Source of the DNA: an uncultured Campylobacterales bacterium
GTDB taxonomy: Bacteria > Campylobacterota > Campylobacteria > Campylobacterales > CAZCQG01
NCBI GenBank assembly: GCA_964500775.1
Contig: CAZCQG010000003.1
Location: 13,324 to 77,323, forward strand
Direction of reading: 5' to 3'
Length of the DNA stretch: 64,000 nucleotides
The position numbers and the translations under genes were made by a program. The notes below the pieces were generated by a model. The model was given only the letters and a program-made list of their open reading frames with translations, ran no database searches and had not been told where the DNA came from. Positions within the stretch are counted from its first letter, which is position 1. Each line of letters opens with the position of its first letter. This document shows positions 46,069-55,084 of the stretch, one piece after another.

Positions 46069-46078
46069 TGTAGAATCC
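46069..46078 (+). promoter_or_regulatory. candidate -10 box TGTAGAATCC upstream of rplI
   Basis: It lies 41 nt upstream of the rplI ATG. The TAGAATCC part is shared with the candidate dnaJ promoter (minus strand, 14288-14296). Confidence 0.3.
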
Positions 46079-46109
46079 GAAAATAAAAAATAATTCGGAG
46101 TTTTACACA

Positions 46110-46562
46110 ATGAAAGTATTATTGATAAAAGACGTAAAAGGGGTGGGCAAAGCCGGCGAGATCAAAGAGGTCAAAGACGGCTACGGTCAGAACTTCCTCA
46201 TCGCGAAAGGGAACGCCAAACTCGCTACCAACGAAGTAGTGAATAAATGGAAGGCAGATCAAAAAAAGATCGCTGAAGAGCAAGCCGCAGAACTTGCAGA
46301 GCTAAAAAAACAAAATGACATTATCCAAGGAAAGACACTCAAACTAACGAAAAAAGTGGGTGCGAACGGCGCGTTGTACGGCGCTATCACAAAAGAGGAA
46401 TTGAGCGAAGCGCTCAAAGAGCAATATAATCTCGATATAGACAAAAAACATATCGAACTCGACCACCCGATAAAAAGCACGGGAATCTACGAAGTGACGA
46501 TAAAGCTCGGACACGGCATGCATCCAAGTATCAGCGTGGATGTAGAGGGGGAAAATGTTTAA
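46110..46562 (+). CDS. rplI: 50S ribosomal protein L9
   Basis: 150 aa with N-terminus [30 protein letters not shown]. Confidence 0.95.
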   Translation: MKVLLIKDVKGVGKAGEIKEVKDGYGQNFLIAKGNAKLATNEVVNKWKADQKKIAEEQAAELAELKKQNDIIQGKTLKLTKKVGANGALYGAITKEELSEALKEQYNLDIDKKHIELDHPIKSTGIYEVTIKLGHGMHPSISVDVEGENV

Positions 46563-47091
46563 GGCGACTACCATACTCGCCTACAGAGGCGAAGAGGGCG
46601 CGGTCATCGGGGGAGACGGGCAGGTCTCTTTCGGCAATACCGTGATGAAAGGAAATGCCACGAAGATTCGCTCTCTCTATAACGGTAAGATTCTTAGTGG
46701 ATTCGCAGGAAGCACCGCCGATGCGTTCAATCTTTTTGATATGTTTGAAAATATATTAGAGAATCGCAAAGGGGAGTTGCTCAAATCGGTCGTCGATTTT
46801 AGTAAAGAGTGGCGCAAAGATAAATACTTGAGACGACTCGAAGCGATGATGATCGTGCTAGACCTCGACAATATCTTTATCCTAAGCGGTACCGGAGACG
46901 TCGTCGAACCTGAAGACCGCAAGATAGCATCCATCGGTAGCGGCGGTAATTTTGCTATTTCGGCAGCGCGTGCACTTGACAGACATGCGAATTTATCTCC
47001 AAAAGAGGTAGTGGAAAACTCCCTAAAAATAGCCGCCGAGCTTTGTATATACACCAACGACAATATAAAAATCCTAGAGTTAAAGAAGTGA
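46555..47091 (+). CDS. hslV: ATP-dependent protease subunit HslV
   Basis: 178 aa. TTILAYRG follows a short MFKA lead, with GSGGNFA further in. It overlaps rplI by 8 nt. Confidence 0.95.
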   Translation: MFKATTILAYRGEEGAVIGGDGQVSFGNTVMKGNATKIRSLYNGKILSGFAGSTADAFNLFDMFENILENRKGELLKSVVDFSKEWRKDKYLRRLEAMMIVLDLDNIFILSGTGDVVEPEDRKIASIGSGGNFAISAARALDRHANLSPKEVVENSLKIAAELCIYTNDNIKILELKK

Positions 47092-47095
47092 CGTT

Positions 47096-48427
47096 ATGCT
47101 AGAGATGACCCCAAAAGAGATAGTAAGTTATTTGGATCAGTATATTATCGGTCAAAAAGATGCCAAAAAAGCAGTAGCGGTAGCGCTTCGAAACCGTTAT
47201 CGAAGGATGCAGCTCCCAAAAGAGATACAAGAGGAGATTATGCCAAAAAATATCCTCATGATAGGCTCTACGGGTGTAGGCAAGACGGAGATCGCCAGAC
47301 GGATGGCGAAGATGATGGGATTTCCTTTTGTCAAAGTAGAGGCGAGTAAATACACCGAAGTGGGATTTGTCGGGCGCGACGTAGAATCGATGGTGCGCGA
47401 TTTGGTCGGCGAATCGATAAACCTTGTCCGCGATGAACATCGTGAAAAGATGACCGAGCAGATAGAAGAATACGTCATCAAAAAAATAGTAGAAAAGCTC
47501 CTCCCGCCGCTCCCGAAAGGCTCTACGGAGACAAAGCAAGAAGAGTATAAACACAGCTTTGAGAAGATGCGCCAAAAAGTGATAAGCGGAGACGTCGACC
47601 ACTTGAAGATTGAAATCCAAACTCCCAAAAAAGCCCCCGAATTTTCCGATAACGGTATGCCGCCGGAGATGGTGCGAGTACAAGAATCATTAATAAAAGT
47701 ATTTATGAGCGGCAACAAAGACGATCTCAAAAAAGAGGTCACCGTCAAAGAGGCAAAAGATATACTCAAAATTGAAGCCGCGGATAAACTGTTGGATGTG
47801 GAGCTTATCAAAAGCGAAGGGCTCAAAAGGGCAGAAGAGGGTGGTATCATCTTTATCGACGAGATAGACAAGATAGCCGTCTCTAACGGCAATAGCGGCA
47901 GACAAGATCCGAGTAAAGAGGGGGTACAAAGAGACCTCCTCCCTATCGTAGAAGGCTCTAGCATCTCTACAAAATACGGGCAGATAAAGTCCGACCATAT
48001 CCTTTTTATCGCCGCAGGGGCGTTTCACGTGAGTAAGCCTAGTGATCTTATCCCCGAACTTCAAGGACGTTTCCCATTAAGAGTAGAGATGAAGAGTTTG
48101 GACGAAGAGGCGCTGTATAAGATTCTTACTATGACCAAAAATTCGATTCTTTCGCAATACGAGGCACTTTTAGGAGTGGAAGAGCTTACGATTATTTTTG
48201 AAGAGGAGGCAATAAGGGCGATCGCCTCCCTCGCGCAAAATGCCAACGAAAAGACCGAAGACATCGGTGCTAGACGTTTGCATACTATCGTAGAGCGTGT
48301 TTTGGAGGACATCAGCTTTGAGGCGGATGAGCACAAAGGTGAGACCTACACCGTGACCAAAGCAATGGTACACGGTAAGCTCGACAATCTCATAAATGAC
48401 GTAGACGTCGCTAGATATATACTCTGA
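47096..48427 (+). CDS. hslU: ATP-dependent protease ATPase subunit HslU
   Basis: 443 aa. It is an AAA+ protein with GSTGVGKTEIARR (Walker A) and IIFIDEIDKI (Walker B). Confidence 0.95.
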   Translation: MLEMTPKEIVSYLDQYIIGQKDAKKAVAVALRNRYRRMQLPKEIQEEIMPKNILMIGSTGVGKTEIARRMAKMMGFPFVKVEASKYTEVGFVGRDVESMVRDLVGESINLVRDEHREKMTEQIEEYVIKKIVEKLLPPLPKGSTETKQEEYKHSFEKMRQKVISGDVDHLKIEIQTPKKAPEFSDNGMPPEMVRVQESLIKVFMSGNKDDLKKEVTVKEAKDILKIEAADKLLDVELIKSEGLKRAEEGGIIFIDEIDKIAVSNGNSGRQDPSKEGVQRDLLPIVEGSSISTKYGQIKSDHILFIAAGAFHVSKPSDLIPELQGRFPLRVEMKSLDEEALYKILTMTKNSILSQYEALLGVEELTIIFEEEAIRAIASLAQNANEKTEDIGARRLHTIVERVLEDISFEADEHKGETYTVTKAMVHGKLDNLINDVDVARYIL

Positions 48428-49317
48428 TGGAAGCAGTCACAAAATCGGGTTTTGTCTCGGTAGTAGGCAGACCAAATGCGGGAAAGAGCACTCTCTTGAA
48501 TTGGCTCGTGGGCGAACGTTTGGCGATGGTCTCGCACAAGGCGAACGCTACGAGAAAGCGGATGAATATCATCGTGATGCACGACAAAGATCAAATCATC
48601 TTCGTCGATACGCCGGGTATCCACCAAAAAGAGAAACTTATCAACCAATTTATGATGAAAGAGGTATTGCGCTCCATCGGCGATTGCGACTTGCTTATTT
48701 TTTTGGCTCCCGTCACGGATAGTACGTCTCATTACGAGGAGTTTCTAGAACTAAGCGAAGGGAAAAAACACATTCTTGCCCTCGCCAAAAGTGATACGCT
48801 TGATAGAGAAGAGACGCTAAAAAAGATAAAAGAGTATGAAAAGTTTCAAGATTCTTATCTCGAACTCGTACCCGTAAGCTCCAAAAAAGAGGTCGGGAAA
48901 AAAGAGCTGCTTGATTGCATCGTAAAATACCTTCCTGATTCTCCTTACCTCTTCGACCCCGAAGACCTGACCACCGAAAACTTGCGCGGGATCTACAAAG
49001 AGATCATACGTGAAGCGATATTTGAAAAACTCTCCGATGAGATTCCTTATGAGGCGGATGTCCTTATCACAAAATTTGAAGAGCTAAAGGGCTTGGATAG
49101 AATCTACGCGACGATAGTGGTGGAAAAAGAGACCCAAAAGGCGATGATAATAGGCAAAGGTGGCGCAACGCTCAAAAGGGTAGGGAGCTATGCAAGAGAA
49201 AAGATGGAAGAGTTTTCTCAAAAGAAAGTCTATCTCAACCTTTTTGTTTCGGTAAAGCGAGGGTGGAGTAAGAGCAAAAAAGGTTTGAAAGAGTTTGGAT
49301 ATAAAATCGATGATTAA
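48427..49317 (+). CDS. era: GTPase Era
   Basis: 296 aa with GRPNAGKSTL (G1), DTPG (G3) and a C-terminal KH domain. A TGATG junction overlaps hslU by 1 nt. Confidence 0.95.
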   Translation: MEAVTKSGFVSVVGRPNAGKSTLLNWLVGERLAMVSHKANATRKRMNIIVMHDKDQIIFVDTPGIHQKEKLINQFMMKEVLRSIGDCDLLIFLAPVTDSTSHYEEFLELSEGKKHILALAKSDTLDREETLKKIKEYEKFQDSYLELVPVSSKKEVGKKELLDCIVKYLPDSPYLFDPEDLTTENLRGIYKEIIREAIFEKLSDEIPYEADVLITKFEELKGLDRIYATIVVEKETQKAMIIGKGGATLKRVGSYAREKMEEFSQKKVYLNLFVSVKRGWSKSKKGLKEFGYKIDD

Positions 49318-49327
49318 CGGAGTGAAG

Positions 49328-50287
49328 ATGCGGTTTGTTTTGGCGGTGATTTTATTGGCGGCAAATATTGCTTTCGCGCAGGATTTGGTACAGATGTACC
49401 GGACGCAAGGGATTGAAAAGGTACGAGAACATTTTGAGAGATCTTTGCAGGATGTCGACTATTGGAAAAATTATCTCAAAAATATGGATACGAGATACGG
49501 CTATTACGAAAATATGGATTTTGTCCTCGTGTCGCAAAAAGGGCTCCCCGATCTAAGCGTGTACACGATAAAAGAGCATAAATTTACAAAAACGCTTAAC
49601 GCTCCATCGCTAGTGGGTCTCAAAGGGGATAAGGAGAGTGAAGGGGATCTCAAAACTCCCGTGGGTGCGTATGATTTGGTCACAAAACTTACAAACGTCG
49701 ATCAGTTTTACGGTCCGTTTGCTTTTGCCACTTCGTATCCGAATCTTTATGATAGACTTTTAGGAAAAAGCGGGCACGGTATTTGGATACACGGTGTTCC
49801 TTTGAACGGTGAGCGTGCCGATTCTACAAAAGGGTGTATAGCGGTAAAAAACGACTTTTTACGAGAGATTGATGAAGTGATAGATCACAAACACGCCGTG
49901 CTCCTAATTGCCGAAGAGACTTTCAAAGAGCCGAAAAATGAGACTATCGCAACACTTATCGCTTCGCTCTATAAATGGCGCGATGCGTGGAGAGATAGCG
50001 ATTTGGAAACCTATATCGATTTTTACGCCGATGATTTTAAGAGATTTGACGGTAAAAATATCGCTCAATTCAAGGCTATGAAGAGGCAGATATTTACTAG
50101 AAAAGAGCGAAAAACCATCCTTTTTGATAAAATTAACGTGATCCCTTATCCTGCTACAGACGGGAAAGAGTATTTTCGAATCGATTTTTTTGAGCGCTAT
50201 TATGCGCCGAATTATACGTTTGAAGGGGATAAAGAGATTTACGTGAGGGTAGAAGACGGTAAGATGAAAATCATTGCGGAGAAATAA
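49328..50287 (+). CDS. Csd6/Pgp2-type L,D-carboxypeptidase (YkuD-fold domain plus C-terminal NTF2-like domain)
   Basis: From the ATG at 49328 the N-terminus is a signal peptide (MRFVLAVILLAANIAFAQ). The YkuD catalytic block is HGIWIHG...STKGCIAV. The C-terminal block LYKWRDAWRDSDLETYIDFYADDF is NTF2-like. The gene sits after era, as does H. pylori csd6. Confidence 0.7.
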   Translation: MRFVLAVILLAANIAFAQDLVQMYRTQGIEKVREHFERSLQDVDYWKNYLKNMDTRYGYYENMDFVLVSQKGLPDLSVYTIKEHKFTKTLNAPSLVGLKGDKESEGDLKTPVGAYDLVTKLTNVDQFYGPFAFATSYPNLYDRLLGKSGHGIWIHGVPLNGERADSTKGCIAVKNDFLREIDEVIDHKHAVLLIAEETFKEPKNETIATLIASLYKWRDAWRDSDLETYIDFYADDFKRFDGKNIAQFKAMKRQIFTRKERKTILFDKINVIPYPATDGKEYFRIDFFERYYAPNYTFEGDKEIYVRVEDGKMKIIAEK

Positions 50288-50289
50288 TA

Positions 50290-51099
50290 ATGAATATGAG
50301 TGATATTAATACTTGGATGGGGTTTCTTAGCGGCTATTCACTGAAAATACTCGGATCGTTGCTTATCTTTGTTTTCGGTATCTATATGTCTAAGATTCTC
50401 AAAAAATATCTTAGTAAAGGGCTACAAAAGACCAATCTAGATGCTACGATCATCAAATTTTTAGAGAATGTTCTCTATTTTGTATTGCTCATCTTAGTAG
50501 TGATTTTTGCCTTGAGTAATCTCGGCGTACAGACGGCTTCTATCATAGCGGTACTCGGTACGGCAGGTTTGGCGATTGCTTTGTCGCTCAAAGATTCGCT
50601 CTCTAATATCGCTTCGGGGATTATGATCGTGGGGATGCGATATTTTAGGGTAGGGGACGTGATAGAGGTATCGGGTAATATCGGTACGGTAAAAGAGATA
50701 CAGCTTTTTATCACGAAGATGACGACGTTTGACAACAAAGAGATCATTATTCCCAATAAAGACATAGTAAACGGAAGCGTAATAAATGTGACCGCCAACG
50801 ATACAAGGCGGGTAGAGTGGATATTTGGGGTAGGGTATGACGAGGATGTGAAAAAAGTGAAATCTGTTTTGGAAGAGATACTGAATGCCAATACGTTAGT
50901 ACTTCAAGACCCCGCACCGCTCGTGGCGGTAAATGGACTTAACGACTTTAGCGTCGATTTTATCGTGCGGGCATGGTGTAAAAAAGAGGACTATTTGGAT
51001 CTGATGCTGGGAGTCAACGAATCGGTGAAGATTCGCTTCGATGCCGAGGGGATCGAAATACCGTATCCAAAACGGGAATTAAAGATCATCCAAGGCTGA
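50290..51099 (+). CDS. small-conductance mechanosensitive channel (MscS family)
   Basis: 269 aa with three N-terminal TM helices and the conserved block FRVGDVIEVSGNIGTVKEIQLFITKMTTFDNKEIIIPN. Confidence 0.9.
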   Translation: MNMSDINTWMGFLSGYSLKILGSLLIFVFGIYMSKILKKYLSKGLQKTNLDATIIKFLENVLYFVLLILVVIFALSNLGVQTASIIAVLGTAGLAIALSLKDSLSNIASGIMIVGMRYFRVGDVIEVSGNIGTVKEIQLFITKMTTFDNKEIIIPNKDIVNGSVINVTANDTRRVEWIFGVGYDEDVKKVKSVLEEILNANTLVLQDPAPLVAVNGLNDFSVDFIVRAWCKKEDYLDLMLGVNESVKIRFDAEGIEIPYPKRELKIIQG

Positions 51100-52137
51100 A
51101 GCCGCGGCTTTGAGGCGCTCTTTGTCGAAATGGGTGTAGATTCTTGAGGTATTGAGATCGGCATGCCCGAGCGCTTCTTGCACGAGGACTAGGTCGCGAT
51201 TTTTTTGATAGAGACGGGTGGCAAAAGTGTGGCGGAGCATATGGGCGCCGTTTTTCTCTTTGCGGATACCTGCGTGGAGCAGTATCTTTTCCATGATCTT
51301 ACTCACATACGCCTGCGAGAGAGGAGTGCCGCTGTTATTGCAGAAGAGGTGGGTGCCCTCGCATCGCCGCTTCTCTAGCCATTCGGTCATATCTTTGGCG
51401 ATATAGCGCTCTTTGATCATTGCGATTCTTGGCTTGTTCCCTTTTCCTTTGACCCTAAAAACATAGAAACCCTCCTCTAGTGTAATCTCTTTTGTGGTAA
51501 GTCCCAATGCTTCGCTCACGCGCATCCCCGAGTAGAGTATAGTTTTTATAAGAAGTCTATTTTTTGCCTGCACCGAGGGCTTGAAAGGGCAGGTGTCTAT
51601 CGCCTCTAAAAATCGCTCGATCTCATTATCTATCATATATGCAGGTAGTTTTTGCCCGCTTTTTCCCGTGATGCCACCCCATTTTTTCAGTTCGATTCTA
51701 AAGAGGTGCGATTTCTCGTCCTCTTCGTTTTGCTTCTCGATATAGCCGAAAAATGAGATCATCGCAATACGGTAGTTTTTCTTTGTAGCATCACTAAGAC
51801 CGCTCGTGCTTGCAGCGAGAAAATCGGCGATCATCTCCTCATCTATTTCTTTTAGAGATTCTAGTCCTAGGGAGCAGAGATTTTTGTAGAGTTTTTCGAG
51901 TGGATTTATGTAGGTATTTATCCCTATCAAACCGATATTGCGTGCCTCTTTCGCTAGTGCTTTAAGAGCGTTAATATCTAACGTCTCTTTATTGAGGCGT
52001 AGCAAGATTTTCGCCAACGCATCAGAATCTTTAACCTGTCTATTCGAAAGGGTAGTGAGTTTATTGCGGATATAGCGGTTGAGCCAAAAAAGGAGCGACT
52101 CTGCAAATGTGGCTTCAGCATCAAGTTTGTATCGCAT
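51079..52137 (-). CDS. xerH: XerH-type tyrosine site-specific recombinase
   Basis: 352 aa. The catalytic set is R (GMRVSEALGL), HxxR (HMLRHTFAT) and H...Y (LGHADLNTSRIYTH). The size and long N-terminal domain resemble single-recombinase Xer proteins of Helicobacter and Campylobacter. Confidence 0.7.
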   Translation of the reverse strand: MRYKLDAEATFAESLLFWLNRYIRNKLTTLSNRQVKDSDALAKILLRLNKETLDINALKALAKEARNIGLIGINTYINPLEKLYKNLCSLGLESLKEIDEEMIADFLAASTSGLSDATKKNYRIAMISFFGYIEKQNEEDEKSHLFRIELKKWGGITGKSGQKLPAYMIDNEIERFLEAIDTCPFKPSVQAKNRLLIKTILYSGMRVSEALGLTTKEITLEEGFYVFRVKGKGNKPRIAMIKERYIAKDMTEWLEKRRCEGTHLFCNNSGTPLSQAYVSKIMEKILLHAGIRKEKNGAHMLRHTFATRLYQKNRDLVLVQEALGHADLNTSRIYTHFDKERLKAAASALDDL

Positions 52138-52165
52138 TTGTTCCTAAATTTTTTACAAATGGAAG

Positions 52166-52969
52166 CTAATTCAATTCCATATTTGCATAATTTTTCCAAA
52201 AATCTTTCCATCCTGTCTCGTGGGTGCAATTGTCAATTCGAATAATATTCTCTACTCCACTTTTTTCGGTAAAACTTTTTGTCACTTGCAGAGGGACGAT
52301 AGTGTCACTATTGCAAACAATGTGCATATGGGGAATGGTCTTAAGATTTGACGCATAATCGGCAGGATTAAGAGAACCTTTTAATAGAGAGATATTATGA
52401 AAATGACTAAGAGCGATGTGGTCAATATTTCCTGCCACGGTTATTATTTTGGCTATGTCATCTCTATATTCCGACAAAAGAATCGCGATAGCCGCCCCGC
52501 CGGAGTATCCTACGATTTCTATTTTTTGTTTGGGAGTTTTTTTCAGTTCATTTATCGCGTTGTTGATTGACAAAACAACCTCTTTGGCAAATCTGTGGCT
52601 AGTCCAATATTTTACGGTACACTTTTCATCGTCTGTGTACTGACAAGGTCTAGCTATATAGGCAATATTCGGATAAGAATCAACGGATGCTAACTCCAAA
52701 GCTACAGGATTTGTTGGAGTAGGGTTGCTGGATGGTGTGTATCTGTTTTCCCATGCAAAACCGTCACCTTCTATATAGAACCTGATTGGTTTTTCAATAG
52801 CATCTATCCTGCTTAGCGTAAATATCTTGAATGTATCGGTGGCGACTATATGAGAATTAAGACTAGAGTGCAGAGCCAATGAATCTTTGAGTGAAAATCT
52901 ATTTTCGAGTGAAAGCTTTGAGCAGGAGAGAAAAATCAATGGGAAAATAAAAAGCAAAATACGAAACAT
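52166..52969 (-). CDS. secreted/lipoprotein alpha/beta-hydrolase
   Basis: 267 aa. The signal sequence ends in FLSC. The nucleophile elbow is GYSGGA, and Asp and His lie downstream (NSDTIV, CTHETGW). Confidence 0.6.
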   Translation of the reverse strand: MFRILLFIFPLIFLSCSKLSLENRFSLKDSLALHSSLNSHIVATDTFKIFTLSRIDAIEKPIRFYIEGDGFAWENRYTPSSNPTPTNPVALELASVDSYPNIAYIARPCQYTDDEKCTVKYWTSHRFAKEVVLSINNAINELKKTPKQKIEIVGYSGGAAIAILLSEYRDDIAKIITVAGNIDHIALSHFHNISLLKGSLNPADYASNLKTIPHMHIVCNSDTIVPLQVTKSFTEKSGVENIIRIDNCTHETGWKDFWKNYANMELN

Positions 52970-52984
52970 AACTTTGCTTTTACC

Positions 52985-53010
52985 TATAATCAGGGAAAAC
53001 CCTGATTATA
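52985..53010. terminator. hairpin downstream of the autotransporter gene
   Basis: TATAATCAGGG-AAAA-CCCTGATTATA, an 11-bp perfect stem 8 nt after the stop codon. Confidence 0.6.
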
Positions 53011-53017
53011 TCGGTAA

Positions 53018-54940
53018 TTAGAATTTAAACTTGGCAGTTAATCTAACATCGTGACTTGTTAAGTCAGAGTTGGTGTTTAAACCATAGTCAAAGCTTAGTT
53101 CTTTAGAGTTGTCGTCAGTTACATATTTTAGACCCGCACCTACAACGCCAGAAAGCTCAGAAGTTTCTACACCGTCTGTTTTAAATGCGCCGCCACCTGC
53201 AACGAAGCTAGAGTTTGCAGAAGCATAGTTATCGCCCATATTATATGAAGCACCTAGTTTAAGTTCTGGAATTAGAGTTCCATTTGACTTTTTGTACTCT
53301 TTACTAATGGCTACACCTGCATCAAGGATAAATTTATCTAGGTCCTCAATAGCTACTTTCAAAGGAATGCCGGCAGTACTTTTCTCTGTATATGAATCAA
53401 AAGAGACGTTTGTATAAGTTAAAGATGCCATAGGAGTAAGCATTAAATCATTATATTGCTTAGGCATGCCTGCACCCACTCTTGCAGAGAATACTTGAGA
53501 ATCGTACTCTGCGGTATAAATATTTGCCGCCGCATCTTGTCTGCTTACGTCGTTTTTATTGATACCGTATGCCAAAGAGCCTTCAACATAGAATTTATCG
53601 TAAGTTTTGCTTCCATAAACGGTTAGTTGATAAGCATCAATATCGTTAGATGATTTTGTAACAGGATCGTTTCCTGAAACGTCAGTAGCACCGTAGCTGA
53701 ATGCGATACCGACAAGTGCAGTGTCGTTAAGATATTTTTCTAGACCGAAAACTACACCGCCGCCGTCAGCTTCATAACCTTGTACGCCTTTATTGTCGCC
53801 ATGGTCTTGATTTACATAGTAACCTTGTACCCAAAATGCTTTGCCAAGACCCATGTTTCCTGTTGCTATACCGCTTTCGGCTAGGTCTGCTCTAGCAGTT
53901 TTCATATGTGAACCGATGGTATTGAATACGCTTGTTGTTGTCGCTACAGCACCTACACCTGCAGAAGATACATCAGGCAATAAAGTATTCAAGTAATTCT
54001 TTAGCGTAGCAACACTTAAATCTGTTGCATTTAAGTCTTCCATCATGGCTGCGTTTGTTGAAAGGGCTACTTTGATCGCCTCTGTATACAATGCAGCTTC
54101 ATTTCCGGAAAGACCAAGATTTGCTGAAGTATTATAGTCTGCACCGATCGATATATTTCCATCAGCACCAAGAGATGTGTATATATTATATGTGACCAAA
54201 ATATTGTTTGTGAGCAGCGAGCTATCAACACTTGCTACAGATAGGTTGACATCGTTAGCACCAGAGTAAACACGTAGAACAGTTACGTTGTTATCTGCAT
54301 CGTCACCTCTTACTAAGCCGTAGCCAAGAACTACGGTAGAGATATTAGCATCTCCGTAAACTGTCATGGAGCCGCCGTTATGAAGATGAACGACATCGGC
54401 ATATACGGTTTCGTTTGCTGTAGCAGTACCGACTGTTAGAGCACCTTCGGATACATTCACATCAGTTCTTACTCCGCCAACACCTATTGAGCCCATCAAC
54501 GATACCGCTGCCGTAGTTTTGAATATACCAGATCCATTGATGTCTGTGTAGATAGTACCTGCTTCGTCAACCAACAATGTTGCACCTGAGGTGATACCTG
54601 TTCTGTAAACATAATAAGCGTCACCTTTGATTGTAGTAGTGCCACTTGTAACGTTCAATTCGCTAACGTTCTTGTCAGCCGCACCGATTGAAAGTATAGT
54701 CGTATCTGCACCGATATACACGCTACCGTTGTTATCAGAGCTTGTCGTAATGCTACTAATAGTTGCCGCAGAAGTGATTGTTAGGTTACCCTCAACACCA
54801 TCCGTATCCCAAGCGAAGTTAAACGAGCTTCCGTCAGCTTGAGTTTTGTTAGTGTCATTAATATCTACAGTCGCCGCAGAAACCGAACTGCCAAGCAACA
54901 ACCCACATACTACTCCCGAAATGGCTATCTTTTTTACCAT
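53018..54940 (-). CDS. autotransporter (type Va) outer-membrane protein with a T/S/G/N-rich passenger
   Basis: 640 aa. A signal peptide (MVKKIAISGVVCGLLLGSSVSAA) precedes a ~330-aa low-complexity beta-helix-like passenger. The C-terminal ~270 aa show an alternating-hydrophobic beta-barrel pattern ending in LTAKFKF. Confidence 0.8.
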   Translation of the reverse strand: MVKKIAISGVVCGLLLGSSVSAATVDINDTNKTQADGSSFNFAWDTDGVEGNLTITSAATISSITTSSDNNGSVYIGADTTILSIGAADKNVSELNVTSGTTTIKGDAYYVYRTGITSGATLLVDEAGTIYTDINGSGIFKTTAAVSLMGSIGVGGVRTDVNVSEGALTVGTATANETVYADVVHLHNGGSMTVYGDANISTVVLGYGLVRGDDADNNVTVLRVYSGANDVNLSVASVDSSLLTNNILVTYNIYTSLGADGNISIGADYNTSANLGLSGNEAALYTEAIKVALSTNAAMMEDLNATDLSVATLKNYLNTLLPDVSSAGVGAVATTTSVFNTIGSHMKTARADLAESGIATGNMGLGKAFWVQGYYVNQDHGDNKGVQGYEADGGGVVFGLEKYLNDTALVGIAFSYGATDVSGNDPVTKSSNDIDAYQLTVYGSKTYDKFYVEGSLAYGINKNDVSRQDAAANIYTAEYDSQVFSARVGAGMPKQYNDLMLTPMASLTYTNVSFDSYTEKSTAGIPLKVAIEDLDKFILDAGVAISKEYKKSNGTLIPELKLGASYNMGDNYASANSSFVAGGGAFKTDGVETSELSGVVGAGLKYVTDDNSKELSFDYGLNTNSDLTSHDVRLTAKFKF

Positions 54941-55051
54941 TTTCCCCTCCAGTTAGATTTGTTTTTCATCCATTCATTCAAAGAGACGAGTTTAACATAA
55001 AAAAAATAAATTAGATTAAAAAAAATACTAAAATTGCCGATAGGCTGACGA

Positions 55052-55071
55052 AAATGTAGCTTAAATGTAGC
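55052..55071. repeat. tandem direct repeat AAATGTAGC x2 with 11-bp periodicity
   Basis: AAATGTAGC-TT-AAATGTAGC lies in the 227-bp intergenic region upstream of the autotransporter gene. Confidence 0.8.
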
Positions 55072-55084
55072 ATTATCGTTTAAA

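Noticed and set aside
46555-46570. HslV begins MFKATT instead of exposing the catalytic Thr right after Met, which could mean a wrong start or an unusual propeptide.
   Set aside because: No alternative in-frame start precedes the TT. As I recall, Helicobacter and Campylobacter HslV share the same short lead (MFEATT in H. pylori). It is probably a lineage-typical feature and not an anomaly of this locus.
47101-47280. An attempt to judge GC skew by eye on either side of the candidate dif site.
   Set aside because: A hand count of G against C over a short sampled stretch simply tracked the coding strand (purine-rich sense strands). It cannot separate replication skew from gene orientation, so it was not used as evidence.
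51079-52137. The tyrosine recombinase interpreted as a phage or integrative-element integrase marking a mobile element.
   Set aside because: There is no adjacent tRNA, excisionase, phage or conjugation gene, and no flanking direct repeats. Its size and the nearby dif-like site fit a chromosomal XerH better.
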